DNA of 64,000 bases from Candidatus Bathyarchaeia archaeon (lineage in GTDB: Archaea; Thermoproteota; Bathyarchaeia; 40CM-2-53-6), in the NCBI GenBank assembly GCA_049513715.1, contig JBEKVV010000002.1, forward strand, positions 496,935 to 560,934, read 5' to 3'. Shown here piece after piece: positions 27,327 to 37,991 of this stretch (position 1 is its first letter; each line of letters starts with the position of its first letter). The notes beneath the pieces are model-generated. The model was not told the DNA's origin. It saw nothing but the letters and a program-made list of their open reading frames with translations, and did no database searches. The position numbers and the translations under genes were made by a program.

Positions 27327-29204
27327 ATTTTCTGCGGCATAGCCGGTTATGCCGGCCTCAACGATCAAGACCTGCTGGAAAGGATGATTGCCGCTCTCAA
27401 GCACAGGGGACCAGACGATACAGGGCTCTTCGCGGACACTGGGATTGGATTGGCCAACGCGAGGCTCAGCATAATTGACATAGAGGGTGGTCACCAGCCC
27501 ATTCACAATGAAGACGGGACCATCCAAGTAACTTACAACGGTGAGCTCTACAATTACCGCGACTTTCGAAGGGAGCTGGAAGCGCTCGGGCACAGGTTCT
27601 ACACAAAGTCAGACACTGAAGTCATAGTGCACAGTTACGAGCAGTATGGTGATGATTTCGTTTCACGGCTCAATGGCATGTTCGCCATCGCCCTCTGGGA
27701 CGCGCCAAACAAGAAACTGGTACTTGCTAGGGACCGGATGGGAATCAAACCACTCTACTACACAATGCAGAATGGTGGTTTGCTGTTTGCCTCGGAGATC
27801 AAAGGAATTCTTCAAGCCCAAATTCCGAGAGCCGTCGACCGAGCATCACTCTTCGCCATAATAAACCTCGGATACGTCCCAGGAGACCGGACGCTGCTAG
27901 ATGGAGTGTTCAAGCTTCCCCCGTCGAGCATCCTGGTCTACAAGGACGGCTCGGTCAAGGTTAGCCAATACTGGGATGTTCCACCGATCGAAACCTTGAC
28001 GAACGAAGACCATGTTGTGGCGAAGTTGCAAGAGGTCCTTGAAGAATCTGTTCGCGACCAACTTGTTGCCGACGTACCTGTCGGTTGTTTTCTCTCCGGT
28101 GGCCTAGATACAGGTGCGATTGTCGCTTACGCGTCGAAGGCAGTGTCGCAACCGCTGAAAACCTTTTGCATGGGGTTTGGTGAGGATACCGATGAGTTCC
28201 GGGACGCGCGACTAGTTGCAGAGCACTTTGGAACGGACCACCACGAGATCATGGTGGACAGCTCACAGGGCGTCAAACTGTACCCGAGAATGATTTGGCA
28301 CATGGAGTCGCCGAAGTACAATCTCTACCCGTGGTTTGTTTGCGAACTAGTCCACAAATACGTCAAAGTTTGCCTAAGCGGAAATGGGGGCGACGAAGTC
28401 TTCGGGGGATACTATGCAAGATACCTGAACGCGTTGAGAATTGACCGCCTCAGCAGCAAGCCTCTTTCGCCCTTACTCCGACTCTCAGGCGCAGCTCTAC
28501 AACCAATCACCGGTGACATCAAGACCGAAAATCGCCTCCGAGTCCTCAGAGCGCTGGGCAACAACACGGCCGAGTACATGATACTGGCCGGCGTGCTTCC
28601 AGATTCTGTTAACAAGAGGCTTTTCAGGAACGATGAGCCGTCGTCAGCAGATTTGGGAAAACACTATTCCAAGTACTTCAAAGGAACAGACCTACTTCAA
28701 GGGTTGATGAATGGCGAGCTCCGAACGAAACTCGTGGACGACCTTCTTTCCGTCGACGACACGATGAGCATGGCACACTCCCTAGAGCTTCGCGTGCCGC
28801 TTCTGGACAATAGGACGGTGGATTTGATGGCAACCGTTCCTTGGAGGATGAAGTACTCTCCCGGCACCTATGGGAAGCTGCTCTTGAGAAAAGCCATCAA
28901 AAGCGTGCTGCCCGAGGATAGTCTGAGGAAGCCCAAGTGGGGTTTCAGCGTAAACGTCGATATGTGGTACAATGGCGAATTGGGCGAGCTTGTGCGCCAG
29001 ATAGTCCCTGAATCAGATGTGATTGGGAAGTACTTCAACCAGAGCTTCATTAAGAACCTGCTATCTCGGAGGTTTTCTCCACGCGACCGCCGTTACCAAG
29101 TCCTGCTGTGGCAGTTGTTGGGGTTCCACTTTTGGCATAGGATATTCATAGATAGTGAACAGGCAGGGGCGGTAAGACTTGAACTCAATGCCTTGGTGGC
29201 CTAA
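27327..29204 (+). CDS. asnB: Asparagine synthase (glutamine-hydrolysing)-family amidotransferase; start codon anomalous
   Basis: CGIAG from 27333, HRGPD, RLSIID, NGELYN, RDRMGIKPLY, LSGGLD, SGNGGDE, ELRVP; no canonical start codon in front of the Cys. Confidence 0.88.
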   Translation: MFCGIAGYAGLNDQDLLERMIAALKHRGPDDTGLFADTGIGLANARLSIIDIEGGHQPIHNEDGTIQVTYNGELYNYRDFRRELEALGHRFYTKSDTEVIVHSYEQYGDDFVSRLNGMFAIALWDAPNKKLVLARDRMGIKPLYYTMQNGGLLFASEIKGILQAQIPRAVDRASLFAIINLGYVPGDRTLLDGVFKLPPSSILVYKDGSVKVSQYWDVPPIETLTNEDHVVAKLQEVLEESVRDQLVADVPVGCFLSGGLDTGAIVAYASKAVSQPLKTFCMGFGEDTDEFRDARLVAEHFGTDHHEIMVDSSQGVKLYPRMIWHMESPKYNLYPWFVCELVHKYVKVCLSGNGGDEVFGGYYARYLNALRIDRLSSKPLSPLLRLSGAALQPITGDIKTENRLRVLRALGNNTAEYMILAGVLPDSVNKRLFRNDEPSSADLGKHYSKYFKGTDLLQGLMNGELRTKLVDDLLSVDDTMSMAHSLELRVPLLDNRTVDLMATVPWRMKYSPGTYGKLLLRKAIKSVLPEDSLRKPKWGFSVNVDMWYNGELGELVRQIVPESDVIGKYFNQSFIKNLLSRRFSPRDRRYQVLLWQLLGFHFWHRIFIDSEQAGAVRLELNALVA

Positions 29205-29207
29205 CCA

Positions 29208-30077
29208 ATGAGCTATTGGGTCGCCGTCGTGGCCAAAGACGCTGAAGAGCACCTAAGGTCCACATTGGAATCGCTCCTCATTCAGACACTGGCGCCGAGA
29301 CGCGTAATTGTGGTCGATGACGGTTCAAAAGATGCTACACCCCGAATCCTCTCCGACTTCACGCGGAAACAACCCCGCAGTGTCCGAGTTGTGTCCCTGC
29401 CGGACCGCGGCTACGACATAAGGCGTGTTCCCGCTAACATCAACAGGGCGTGGAAGACCGCAGTCGACGATGGCTTGAAGACAAATTATTTCATGATCAG
29501 CGGAGACGACTGTATTTACCCATCAGATTACACGAGAACAGTCATCGCGAAAATGGTCCGTGAACGAATGACGGTGGTTGCCAGTGGTCATCCGTCTTCG
29601 GGCGGTCGACTCTCCGAAGAACATTCACCCTCCGGCAGCGGCCGCATGGTCAAGTCGTCGTTTTGGGTCGAAATCGGAGAGAGGTATCCGCTGAAGGCGG
29701 GGTGGGAGACATGGCTTCTCTACAAGGCACAGGAGAAAGGTCACGCGGTCAAAATGCTCAGTGAAGTCACCTTCCAGCACGTACGTCCGCGAGGAGCAAT
29801 GCACCAGCTCACGTATTGGGGGGCTGCAATGTGTGGCTTAGGTTACCACCCGCTGTACGCATTTGGACGTATCGGCAAGAATGTGGGCACTCGTACAACC
29901 AGCATCAGAGGATCAGCGAACATGCTTAGAGGATACACTCAGGCTTGGCTGGGCTCAGCTGACCCATTCATCAGCCCATACGACTCTTCGTTGCGGAAAT
30001 TTGTGCGCAACAACCAAGCCCGAAGCATAGTGAGGGCGGCCAGCTTGCTTCTTAGGTTGCAGCCAATTACCCTCTGA
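29208..30077 (+). CDS. GT2 family glycosyltransferase
   Basis: VIVVDDGSKD, ISGDD, GWET. Confidence 0.85.
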   Translation: MSYWVAVVAKDAEEHLRSTLESLLIQTLAPRRVIVVDDGSKDATPRILSDFTRKQPRSVRVVSLPDRGYDIRRVPANINRAWKTAVDDGLKTNYFMISGDDCIYPSDYTRTVIAKMVRERMTVVASGHPSSGGRLSEEHSPSGSGRMVKSSFWVEIGERYPLKAGWETWLLYKAQEKGHAVKMLSEVTFQHVRPRGAMHQLTYWGAAMCGLGYHPLYAFGRIGKNVGTRTTSIRGSANMLRGYTQAWLGSADPFISPYDSSLRKFVRNNQARSIVRAASLLLRLQPITL

Positions 30078-31749
30078 ACTGGTTAACAATCGGCATCTTC
30101 CATCCCAAACCGAAGGCTTTTTTCGTAATTTTGATTGTTGGCGGTGCTTGCCTACGCTTGTACTCAGCATTCTTGATGCGGGCTAGGGTATTTTCGACTA
30201 GGACTTTATCGTAACCTCGCTGGATCAGCTCGTTTCTGGAAAGACGATTCTCAATTACCTCATCCACAAGCGGCGACACCACGGAGTAATCGAAAGGGTC
30301 GACTTGATTTGGTCGTAATTCGGCTGAGGGGATTTTCTTGAAGCAGCTCTCCGGAATCGCGGGGTCTCCGATATTTTCATTGAAGTAGCGGGCAAGGGCG
30401 TAGACTTCGGTCTTACTCACATCACCAATGACCTCGAGGCCGCCGCTCATGTCTCCGTACAACGTGGAATACCCCAACGCGAGTTCGGTCTTGTTACCCG
30501 TCGCGAGTACCAACCCTCCCAACTTGTTAGATAGAGCCATCAAAGTGTTTCCTCTAATCCGTGACTGGAGGTTCTCTTCGGCCACATCAAAGGCGTGCCC
30601 TCTGAAATGTGGCTCTAGTTGTGCTTCGAATGCGGCAAAAACTGGTTCTATGGGTATTGAAATGAATTTGATTCCGAGGTTCGTTGCAAGCGTCTGTGCG
30701 TCTGCTTTGCTGTGCTCGCTGGAGTAGCGCGAGGGCATTGAGACCCCTGTGACATTTTCCTTACCCAGTGCTGTGCAGGCGATGACTGCGACCAGGGAGG
30801 AATCGATTCCACCGCTCAACCCAAGAAATGAATGCTTGAACCCGGTCTTTCGGAAGTAATCACGAACCCCGAGGACGAGTGCGTTGAACATCTCCTTCTC
30901 TCGGAGGTACGGAGGAAACGCTATTTCTTTCGATGGTTCCGCTGACCCATGTAAGCTAATGTCGGTGAGAATTAGGTCTTCTTCGAATTGCTTTCCGATA
31001 CCGATGATGCGTCCCGCCGCGTCCAAGGCTAGGCTTTCGCCGTCGAAGACAAGCTCATCTTGTCCTCCAACCATGTTTACGTAGAAGATTGGGACTTGTA
31101 GTCTGCTCGATTTGTTTCTCAGAATGCGAAGGCGTACGTCTCGGATTTTGTCGTGGAAGGGCGAAGCGTTGAGGTTCAGGATCATGTCGGCACCGCGGCT
31201 GCAGAGTTCGTCAACAACTTTGACGCCGTAGCCAATCTCCTCATCCCAGATGTCCTCGCAGATCGATATTCCCAGTCTGACTTGCTGGCCGCGGACCTCG
31301 ATGCTTATGGGGAGGTTTGTTTGGGCGGGCGCGAAATATCGCAGTTCATCGAATACGTCGTATGTCGGAAGGAGTGTTTTTCGGGTAATGGCGATCACTT
31401 TGCCTCTGTCGACGACGGCTGCGGAATTGTAGAGATGGGTTTCGTCATAATCGACGAAGCCAACAACTAAGGTGATTCCGGTCAATTGATGAGCCAAATC
31501 TGCGATAGATTGTTTGTTGTCCCGCACGAAGGCTTCCTGGCTGGGTTTTCGGGTACCTGCGGGCGGGCGTACCTCGCGAGGGGGGAGAAGGTCGTTTGGG
31601 GGATACCCTGTGACGGCCATCTCTGGAAAAACCACCAGGTCTGCTTTGGCGTCCTGGGCTTTCTTGCTGTATTCCAGTATCAGTTTAGTATTGCCTACGA
31701 TGTCGCCCATTGTTGGGTTAATTTGTGCCATTGCGACGCGGAGCTGCAA
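30067..31749 (-). CDS. nadE: Glutamine-dependent NAD+ synthetase
   Basis: Nitrilase domain (FPEM, K.LLPTYDVFDE, ICED) plus synthetase domain (GLSGGIDS, ENLQSRIRG, TGNKTE, PSAEL, EYKRRQAP). Confidence 0.95.
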   Translation of the reverse strand: MQLRVAMAQINPTMGDIVGNTKLILEYSKKAQDAKADLVVFPEMAVTGYPPNDLLPPREVRPPAGTRKPSQEAFVRDNKQSIADLAHQLTGITLVVGFVDYDETHLYNSAAVVDRGKVIAITRKTLLPTYDVFDELRYFAPAQTNLPISIEVRGQQVRLGISICEDIWDEEIGYGVKVVDELCSRGADMILNLNASPFHDKIRDVRLRILRNKSSRLQVPIFYVNMVGGQDELVFDGESLALDAAGRIIGIGKQFEEDLILTDISLHGSAEPSKEIAFPPYLREKEMFNALVLGVRDYFRKTGFKHSFLGLSGGIDSSLVAVIACTALGKENVTGVSMPSRYSSEHSKADAQTLATNLGIKFISIPIEPVFAAFEAQLEPHFRGHAFDVAEENLQSRIRGNTLMALSNKLGGLVLATGNKTELALGYSTLYGDMSGGLEVIGDVSKTEVYALARYFNENIGDPAIPESCFKKIPSAELRPNQVDPFDYSVVSPLVDEVIENRLSRNELIQRGYDKVLVENTLARIKNAEYKRRQAPPTIKITKKAFGLGWKMPIVNQFRG

Positions 31750-31891
31750 ATTGAATCCGGGGAACTATCGGTTCGCGGGTCAATTAGACTTTCCCAGCCA
31801 TGAATGGGGGACCGGTTTTTGATATGTCGCATTTGGAGGCATAAAGCAAAAGCGGTGGCGGCGCAATGGAGTGTTGTGCGTGTGATCTCTG

Positions 31892-32986
31892 ATGCTGATT
31901 CCACTGAGCAAACCGGACATCGGGAAGAGTGACGAACGGGCAATCCTGCGGATAATTGGGAAATGCATCAGAACCGGCCGTTTATCCCGAGGCCCCACCG
32001 TTGCAGCCTTCGAGAAGCAATTCAGCGATTATTTGAGCGTTAAGCACTCGTTGGCAATCTCGAACGGGACCGCCGCACTGCACTTAGCGCTCTTGGCGCA
32101 CGGAATCGGGCAAGGCGATGTGGTTCTAACGACACCGTTCACGTTCGTTTCTACATCAAATGCTGCCCTGTATGTAGGCGCGCGTCCCAAGTTTGTGGAC
32201 ATCAACCCAAAGACCTACAATATTGACCCTGCAAAATTGCAGGAAGTTATTGACTCAAAAACGAAGGCTTTGATTGTTGTGCACGTCTTTGGGCTGCCGT
32301 GCGATATGAAGCCGATAATGGAGATTTGCGAAGACCACCACGTCACTTTGATCGAGGACGCATGTGAGGCGCTGGGCGCCACATACGAGGGCCGTAAGGC
32401 TGGTTCTTTTGCAACCTCTTGCTTCAGTTTCTACCCTAACAAAGTGGTAACCACGGCTGAAGGAGGGATGCTTTGCACGGACGACGACCGAGTCATGCAA
32501 GTGGTCGACTCACTGAGGAATCAGGGGCGGAAAGGCGGAGAATGGCTTGAACACCAGTACGTTGGTTTCAATTACCGCATGAGCGACGTGCACGCCGCAA
32601 TTGGGATTCCGCTAATGCGAAAAGTCGACCGGCTAAATGCCATTAGAGAGAAAAACGCCAAGCTCTACTCGAACACCCTCAAGGAATACCCACAAGTCAA
32701 GATTCCACCGGACGTGGAGGGTAGGACTTGGTTCGTGTATGTGGTGGAGGTAGATGATAGGGATAGGATTGGGTCGGAGATGAACAAAGCTGGAATCGAA
32801 TGCAAACCATACTTCCCACCAGTCCACCTACAAACACCATACCGACTAATGGGGTTCAAGGAAGGCGATTTCCCGGTTTGCGAAAATGTCGCCAAGAGAG
32901 TTCTAGCACTCCCCTTCTTCACATCAATAACTCCAAAACAGATCGGTCATGTGGCTAAAACTCTCGGAGAGTTGTCGAAAAGATAG
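31892..32986 (+). CDS. DegT/DnrJ/EryC1/StrS sugar aminotransferase
   Basis: NGTAALH, IEDACEA, FSFYPNK, EGG, GFNYRM. Confidence 0.93.
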   Translation: MLIPLSKPDIGKSDERAILRIIGKCIRTGRLSRGPTVAAFEKQFSDYLSVKHSLAISNGTAALHLALLAHGIGQGDVVLTTPFTFVSTSNAALYVGARPKFVDINPKTYNIDPAKLQEVIDSKTKALIVVHVFGLPCDMKPIMEICEDHHVTLIEDACEALGATYEGRKAGSFATSCFSFYPNKVVTTAEGGMLCTDDDRVMQVVDSLRNQGRKGGEWLEHQYVGFNYRMSDVHAAIGIPLMRKVDRLNAIREKNAKLYSNTLKEYPQVKIPPDVEGRTWFVYVVEVDDRDRIGSEMNKAGIECKPYFPPVHLQTPYRLMGFKEGDFPVCENVAKRVLALPFFTSITPKQIGHVAKTLGELSKR

Positions 32987-33032
32987 CGGTTTATTATTTG
33001 GGTTCGTGCACGGTCGCATTGGTGGGGTTGTC

Positions 33033-34355
33033 TTGTTGAAGGAACCAAGGAAGAGTCTTGAGATGCAGGAGAGGGCGCGCAGAAGGATTCCTGGCGGCAC
33101 CCAACTTCTCTCGAAGCGCCCCGAGATGTTTGCGCCCGGGCAGTGGCCGGGGTATTACTCCCGCGCTAAGGGAGTCGAGGTCTGGGACCTGGATGGAAAC
33201 AAGTACATTGATATGAGCATCAACGCGGCTGGCGCTTGCGTTCTTGGTTATGCGGATCGTGATGTTGATGCTGCTGTCCGGACTGCCATTGATGCTGGCA
33301 CCAATTCCATTCTGAATTCCCCCGAGGAAGTTGAGCTCGCGGATCTGCTCTGTGAAATACACCCATGGGCTCAGATGGTTCGTTACGCCCGGTCTGGCGG
33401 CGAGTCAATGACGATTGCTGTGAGGATCGCAAGAGCATACACGAAGAAGGACAAGGTGGCGTTCTGTGGGTACCACGGTTGGTTCGATTGGTACCTAGCT
33501 GCCAACCTCGCACGCGGTAACAACCTCGACGGCCACCTGCTCCCAGGACTGGACCCAGCAGGCGTCCCACGAGTGCTAGCGGGCACTGCGTTTCCCTTCC
33601 GGTACAACCACATTGAGGAATTGGAGGGAATTATCAAAGAGAACAAGGACGAAGTAGGAGTCGTTGTAATGGAGCCGATCCGAGACAGTTATCCCGAGAA
33701 CGATTTCTTGAAGCGTGTTCACGAGGCCGCCGATGAAATTGGTGCTGTTCTCGTTTTCGATGAGGTCACTTCGGCTTTGCGCATGAACTCGGGAGGGATC
33801 CACCTAAGGCTTGGTGTGACTCCCGACATTGCTGTCTTCTCGAAGTCGTTGGGCAACGGCTACCCGATTGGAGCCGTTGTCGGGAAGGAAGATGTGATGC
33901 AAGCCGCCCAATCCACATTCATCAGCAGCACGAATTGGACGGAGAAGATTGGGCCAGTAGCGGCGTTGGCTACGGTCAGAAAGCACAGGCGCGTCAACGC
34001 TGGCGCGCACCTCATCGCCCTTGGAACACGCATTCAAGAAGGATGGAAAAGTGCATGTGAGGAGGCAGGGCTCAAGATAACGGTCAACGGGATTCCACCT
34101 CTAAGCCATTTCGCGTTCGAAAATGAAAAAGCCCAAGCCATGATCACCCTCTTCACACAATTGATGTTGAAGAAAGGATACCTAGCGTCCGGGAAGTTCT
34201 ACTCAATGTATGCACACAAGCTCTCGGATGTGGATGCTTACTTAGCAGCTACGAAAGACGTTTTCCACTCCATCGCTGAAGCACTGAAGAAGGGAGATTT
34301 AGTGAAACAACTGAAAGGCCCGGTGGCCCACACTGGGTTCCACCGTTTGGCTTGA
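33033..34355 (+). CDS. Class III aminotransferase (glutamate-1-semialdehyde aminomutase-like, glycan-cluster type)
   Basis: LLSKRPE, WDLDGN, SGGES, GYHGW, FDEV, SKSLGNG. Confidence 0.88.
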   Translation: MLKEPRKSLEMQERARRRIPGGTQLLSKRPEMFAPGQWPGYYSRAKGVEVWDLDGNKYIDMSINAAGACVLGYADRDVDAAVRTAIDAGTNSILNSPEEVELADLLCEIHPWAQMVRYARSGGESMTIAVRIARAYTKKDKVAFCGYHGWFDWYLAANLARGNNLDGHLLPGLDPAGVPRVLAGTAFPFRYNHIEELEGIIKENKDEVGVVVMEPIRDSYPENDFLKRVHEAADEIGAVLVFDEVTSALRMNSGGIHLRLGVTPDIAVFSKSLGNGYPIGAVVGKEDVMQAAQSTFISSTNWTEKIGPVAALATVRKHRRVNAGAHLIALGTRIQEGWKSACEEAGLKITVNGIPPLSHFAFENEKAQAMITLFTQLMLKKGYLASGKFYSMYAHKLSDVDAYLAATKDVFHSIAEALKKGDLVKQLKGPVAHTGFHRLA

Positions 34356-35437
34356 AACAGCCATGCCCTGAGCCGTGCTTGATGTTGGTTCAATTGGAAA
34401 ATAACGTGATGATTGGGGGCAAGCGGGTAGGCGAATCTGTGCTCATCATAGCTGAGGCTGGTGTCAACCATAACGGAAGCCTGAGGAGGGCTCTGAAAAT
34501 GGTAGATGAGGCGGCAAAGGCTGGCGCCGATGCCATCAAGTTTCAGACGTTCGTCGCGGAAAGGGTGGTCGCAAAACAAGCTCCCAAAGCCAACTACCAG
34601 AAACGGCGCGGTCGCGGAAAAACGCAACTGGAAATGCTGAAACCCTTAGAATTATCGCGTCAGGATTTCGTGGCAATTTCGGAGAGGGCAAGGAAGCGGG
34701 GAATCATGATGCTCTCCACCCCCTACGACGATGAGAGCGTGGACCTTCTGGAATCTCTTGCAGTTCCAGCTTACAAGGTGGCGTCCGGAGACCTCACCAA
34801 CACTCCGTTGCTGGAACATATCGCTACGAAAGGCAAGCCCGTAATACTGTCCACAGGAATGGCGACCTTAGAAGAAATAAAGGCGGCAGTTGCTACGATT
34901 AGGCACCAAGGGAACGACAAGATAGTTCTGCTTCATTGTGTTTCATCCTATCCGAGCAAAGTGGCAGAATGCAACTTGCGGGTGATGCAACTTCTTCGGG
35001 ACAATTTCAAAGTCCCCGTTGGCTTCTCAGATCATACCATGGGCACAGAGGTTGCTTTGGCCGCCGCTGCGCTGGGTGCTGTGGTCATCGAGAAGCACTT
35101 CACACTATCCCGCAGATTAATCGGGCCAGATCACAGAGCGTCGTTAGAGGTTCGGCAATTTCGCGAGATGGTGAGGGGCATTAGGTTGGTTGAGGAGGCC
35201 TTGGGTGGCCCAGTGAAAGTACCGACAAAGGAGGAGCTCACCATGCGTTTAGTTGCACGCCGCAGTTTGGTTGCCGCAGTGGAGATACCAAAAGATCATG
35301 TAATCGCGAGAGAGATGATTGCGATAAAGAGGCCGGGCACAGGAATCTCTCCATCAGAAATCCAGAAGGTTCTAGGGAAGATTGCGAGACGGGCAATTAA
35401 GCGGGATGAAGTCTTGACTTGGCATATGGTCGAATAG
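34352..35437 (+). CDS. neuB: Nonulosonic acid synthase (NeuB/LegI family) with SAF domain
   Basis: IAEAGVNHNG, IKFQ, KVASGD, LSTGM, LHCVSSYP, GFSDHT, IEKHFT, KRPGTG. Confidence 0.93.
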   Translation: MKQPCPEPCLMLVQLENNVMIGGKRVGESVLIIAEAGVNHNGSLRRALKMVDEAAKAGADAIKFQTFVAERVVAKQAPKANYQKRRGRGKTQLEMLKPLELSRQDFVAISERARKRGIMMLSTPYDDESVDLLESLAVPAYKVASGDLTNTPLLEHIATKGKPVILSTGMATLEEIKAAVATIRHQGNDKIVLLHCVSSYPSKVAECNLRVMQLLRDNFKVPVGFSDHTMGTEVALAAAALGAVVIEKHFTLSRRLIGPDHRASLEVRQFREMVRGIRLVEEALGGPVKVPTKEELTMRLVARRSLVAAVEIPKDHVIAREMIAIKRPGTGISPSEIQKVLGKIARRAIKRDEVLTWHMVE

Positions 35438-35540
35438 GAAAGTGTGTGGTCTCGGAGACCGGGGCTGGACTGCTGCAGATGGGTTATATTGTGATTGGGG
35501 TATTCAGCAGTGAATTGCGGATTCGTTCGGTGAATACGAA

Positions 35541-36086
35541 TTGAGAAAACGAAGAGCAGCGGTGGGTAAGCCGGGTTCGATATACGCGACCGCTAAGATT
35601 ACACCGCAAACGGAAGTTGAGTTGAGTGAAGATGCTTGGATCGGCGATTTTGCATTTGTGAACTTGGCGAAGTTGACGCTCGGTAAGGGCAGTCAGGTGA
35701 ATACATTCGCGAGCCTTACGGGTGGAGGAGAAGTGAAGATTGGTGATTACAGCGTGATCGGGTACGGGGTACGAGTGATAACCGGAACGGATACCCCAGA
35801 GGGGAAGTATATGGCGGATAGGGCGCCATCACACGAGCGAAGTGTAGTTCGGGGAGCGGTTGAAATTGGGAACAATTGCTTCATCGGAGCAAATTCCGTG
35901 ATATGTGTCTCTCACATGAACCCAAGAATAGAGATTGGGGATGGCGCCGTCATTGGAGCCCTCAGCTACGTGGACAGGAGCGTCCCAGCTCAGACCATCG
36001 GGTGGGGAACCCCGTTTGAAGCAAAAAAGGTACGAAGGATCTCTAGCTCAGAAACGGGAACTGTGTCGGAAGGGCGAAACGTGTGA
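35541..36086 (+). CDS. Hexapeptide-repeat acyltransferase
   Basis: Left-handed beta-helix repeats (IGDYSVIG, IGNNCFIG, IGDGAVIG). Confidence 0.85.
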   Translation: MRKRRAAVGKPGSIYATAKITPQTEVELSEDAWIGDFAFVNLAKLTLGKGSQVNTFASLTGGGEVKIGDYSVIGYGVRVITGTDTPEGKYMADRAPSHERSVVRGAVEIGNNCFIGANSVICVSHMNPRIEIGDGAVIGALSYVDRSVPAQTIGWGTPFEAKKVRRISSSETGTVSEGRNV

Positions 36087-36847
36087 AACGGGGCCTATTC
36101 TTAACCGTTAGGACTGGCTCAACAAGGCTTCCGGGTAAGGCACTTCTCAAGTTAGACGGCGAGACAATCGTTGAATTCATGATCGATCGCCTCAAACGTG
36201 CCAGAGTTTCTCAGACGTTCGTGCTCTGTACCACAGATCAGCCTGAAGATGATGTTCTTGAGGACATAGCTAAGCAGAAGGGCATTCTTGCTTTTCGTGG
36301 CAGTTCGAGCGACATCCTCTCTAGGCAACTTGGTGCAGCACACACCTATGGTTTGGATTTTTTCGTCAATGTGGAAGGAGACGATGTGTTCTGTGACCCT
36401 GAACTGGCTGACCGAACAGTGCAGCATTTCAACCAAGCAGGCGCCGATTTCATACGCTGGTCCGGGTTGCCTCTCGGCGCTTCACCAGTTGGCATTAGCA
36501 CTCGAGCGCTGGCCAAGGTCTGTGAGTTGAAGGAGACCAACAACACTGAAACCGGTTGGGGATATTTCTTCACGGAAAGTGGATTGTTCAAGCTTGAGAT
36601 CATTGATGAACAAGACCCCGAACTCCGGCATCCTGAAATGCGCATGACGATGGACTACCCTGAGGACTATGCCTTCGTGAAGGAAGTGTACAAGAGACTA
36701 AGTGGACGTGACTTCACGCTCCGAGACATTATGAACTTAGTCAAGAGTGATCCCACCATAACTGAACTTAACGCGCATCTTAAGGAACAATACTTCAGAG
36801 AGTTCAATCAGAAGAAGGCAAAGGTCAGCCTTAAGAAGCCCAGCTAA
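36083..36847 (+). CDS. CMP-nonulosonate synthetase-like cytidylyltransferase (SpsF-like)
   Basis: RTGSTRLPGK, FRGS, GDD, RMTMDYPED. Confidence 0.88.
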   Translation: MKRGLFLTVRTGSTRLPGKALLKLDGETIVEFMIDRLKRARVSQTFVLCTTDQPEDDVLEDIAKQKGILAFRGSSSDILSRQLGAAHTYGLDFFVNVEGDDVFCDPELADRTVQHFNQAGADFIRWSGLPLGASPVGISTRALAKVCELKETNNTETGWGYFFTESGLFKLEIIDEQDPELRHPEMRMTMDYPEDYAFVKEVYKRLSGRDFTLRDIMNLVKSDPTITELNAHLKEQYFREFNQKKAKVSLKKPS

Positions 36848-36879
36848 CTGGCAGCTGAACACGAAACAGGAGAACGAAA

Positions 36880-37881
36880 ATGAGGTTTGTCATCATAGGG
36901 CTCGGGTCAATGGGCAAGAGACGAATACGAAACCTTCAGGCGCTTAAACATAAACAAATAGTTGGATTCGACATACAGCCGGAACGGCGCCGAGAAGCAG
37001 AGGAAAAGTACGGTATCAAAACCTCTCCCACTTTCGAAGAAGCCCTTTCGCAACGACCGGACGCAGTCATCGTGTCAACACCTCCAAACCTGCACATTCG
37101 CTACGCGATGGAGGCTGCACGTCGAAACATCAACTTCTTCCTCGAAGCCAGCGTTCTGATCGACGGCATGGATGAGCTTATCGCAGAATGCAAAGGGAAG
37201 AATATCATTGCCGCCGCGTCTTCTACCATGAGATTTCATCCTTCCATACAGACGATGAAACGCCTTGTGGACGAAAATGCGATCGGCAAGATTCTTGCTT
37301 TCAACTACCACTCCGGGCAGTACCTACCAGATTGGCACCCGTACGAGGATTACCGCAAGTACTATGTTTCTAGGAAGGAGACAGGCGGATGCAGAGAGAT
37401 AGTGCCCTTCGAGCTTTCGTGGGTCACTTGGTTGCTAGGGCCAGTAAAGAAGCTCTCATGCATGATGGGAAAACTCTCAAGAATCGAAGCAGACATCGAC
37501 GACATATACCAAATGCTCCTTCAATTCAAGAATGGCGCCATCGGCAGTATGCAGGTCGACGTTATCTCACGATTACCCTTCAGGTTTTTCAGAATGATAA
37601 GTGATGAAGGTGTAATTACTTGGGATAAGAACCTGCGACTCGTGACTGTTTACAAGGCGTCAACAAAGAAGACCGAGGAATATCCCGAAGAGGAGGGTGT
37701 CGTTGTGGAGGGGTACTTCATGGAGGACAATATGTACATCAAGGAAATGCAGCACTTTATTGAAGCAGTCGAAGGGAAACACGAATACATGTATTCCTTG
37801 GAGGATGACCACAGAATACTCAAGTTGCTCTATGGAGCCGAAACTAGCTCTGACAGCGGAGTCACTGTTGAGACGAATTAG
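36880..37881 (+). CDS. Gfo/Idh/MocA oxidoreductase
   Basis: GLGSMG, STPP..H, GQYLPDWHP.EDYR. Confidence 0.88.
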   Translation: MRFVIIGLGSMGKRRIRNLQALKHKQIVGFDIQPERRREAEEKYGIKTSPTFEEALSQRPDAVIVSTPPNLHIRYAMEAARRNINFFLEASVLIDGMDELIAECKGKNIIAAASSTMRFHPSIQTMKRLVDENAIGKILAFNYHSGQYLPDWHPYEDYRKYYVSRKETGGCREIVPFELSWVTWLLGPVKKLSCMMGKLSRIEADIDDIYQMLLQFKNGAIGSMQVDVISRLPFRFFRMISDEGVITWDKNLRLVTVYKASTKKTEEYPEEEGVVVEGYFMEDNMYIKEMQHFIEAVEGKHEYMYSLEDDHRILKLLYGAETSSDSGVTVETN

Positions 37882-37991
37882 GTGGGACGGCGAACGAAAA
37901 TGGGTCTTGTAAGCACGGCTAAAATAGTTGTACGACTCCTGCGTTGGGCTATTAACGTAACATTGATCTCTCACTGAGAATGGTTTGACTC

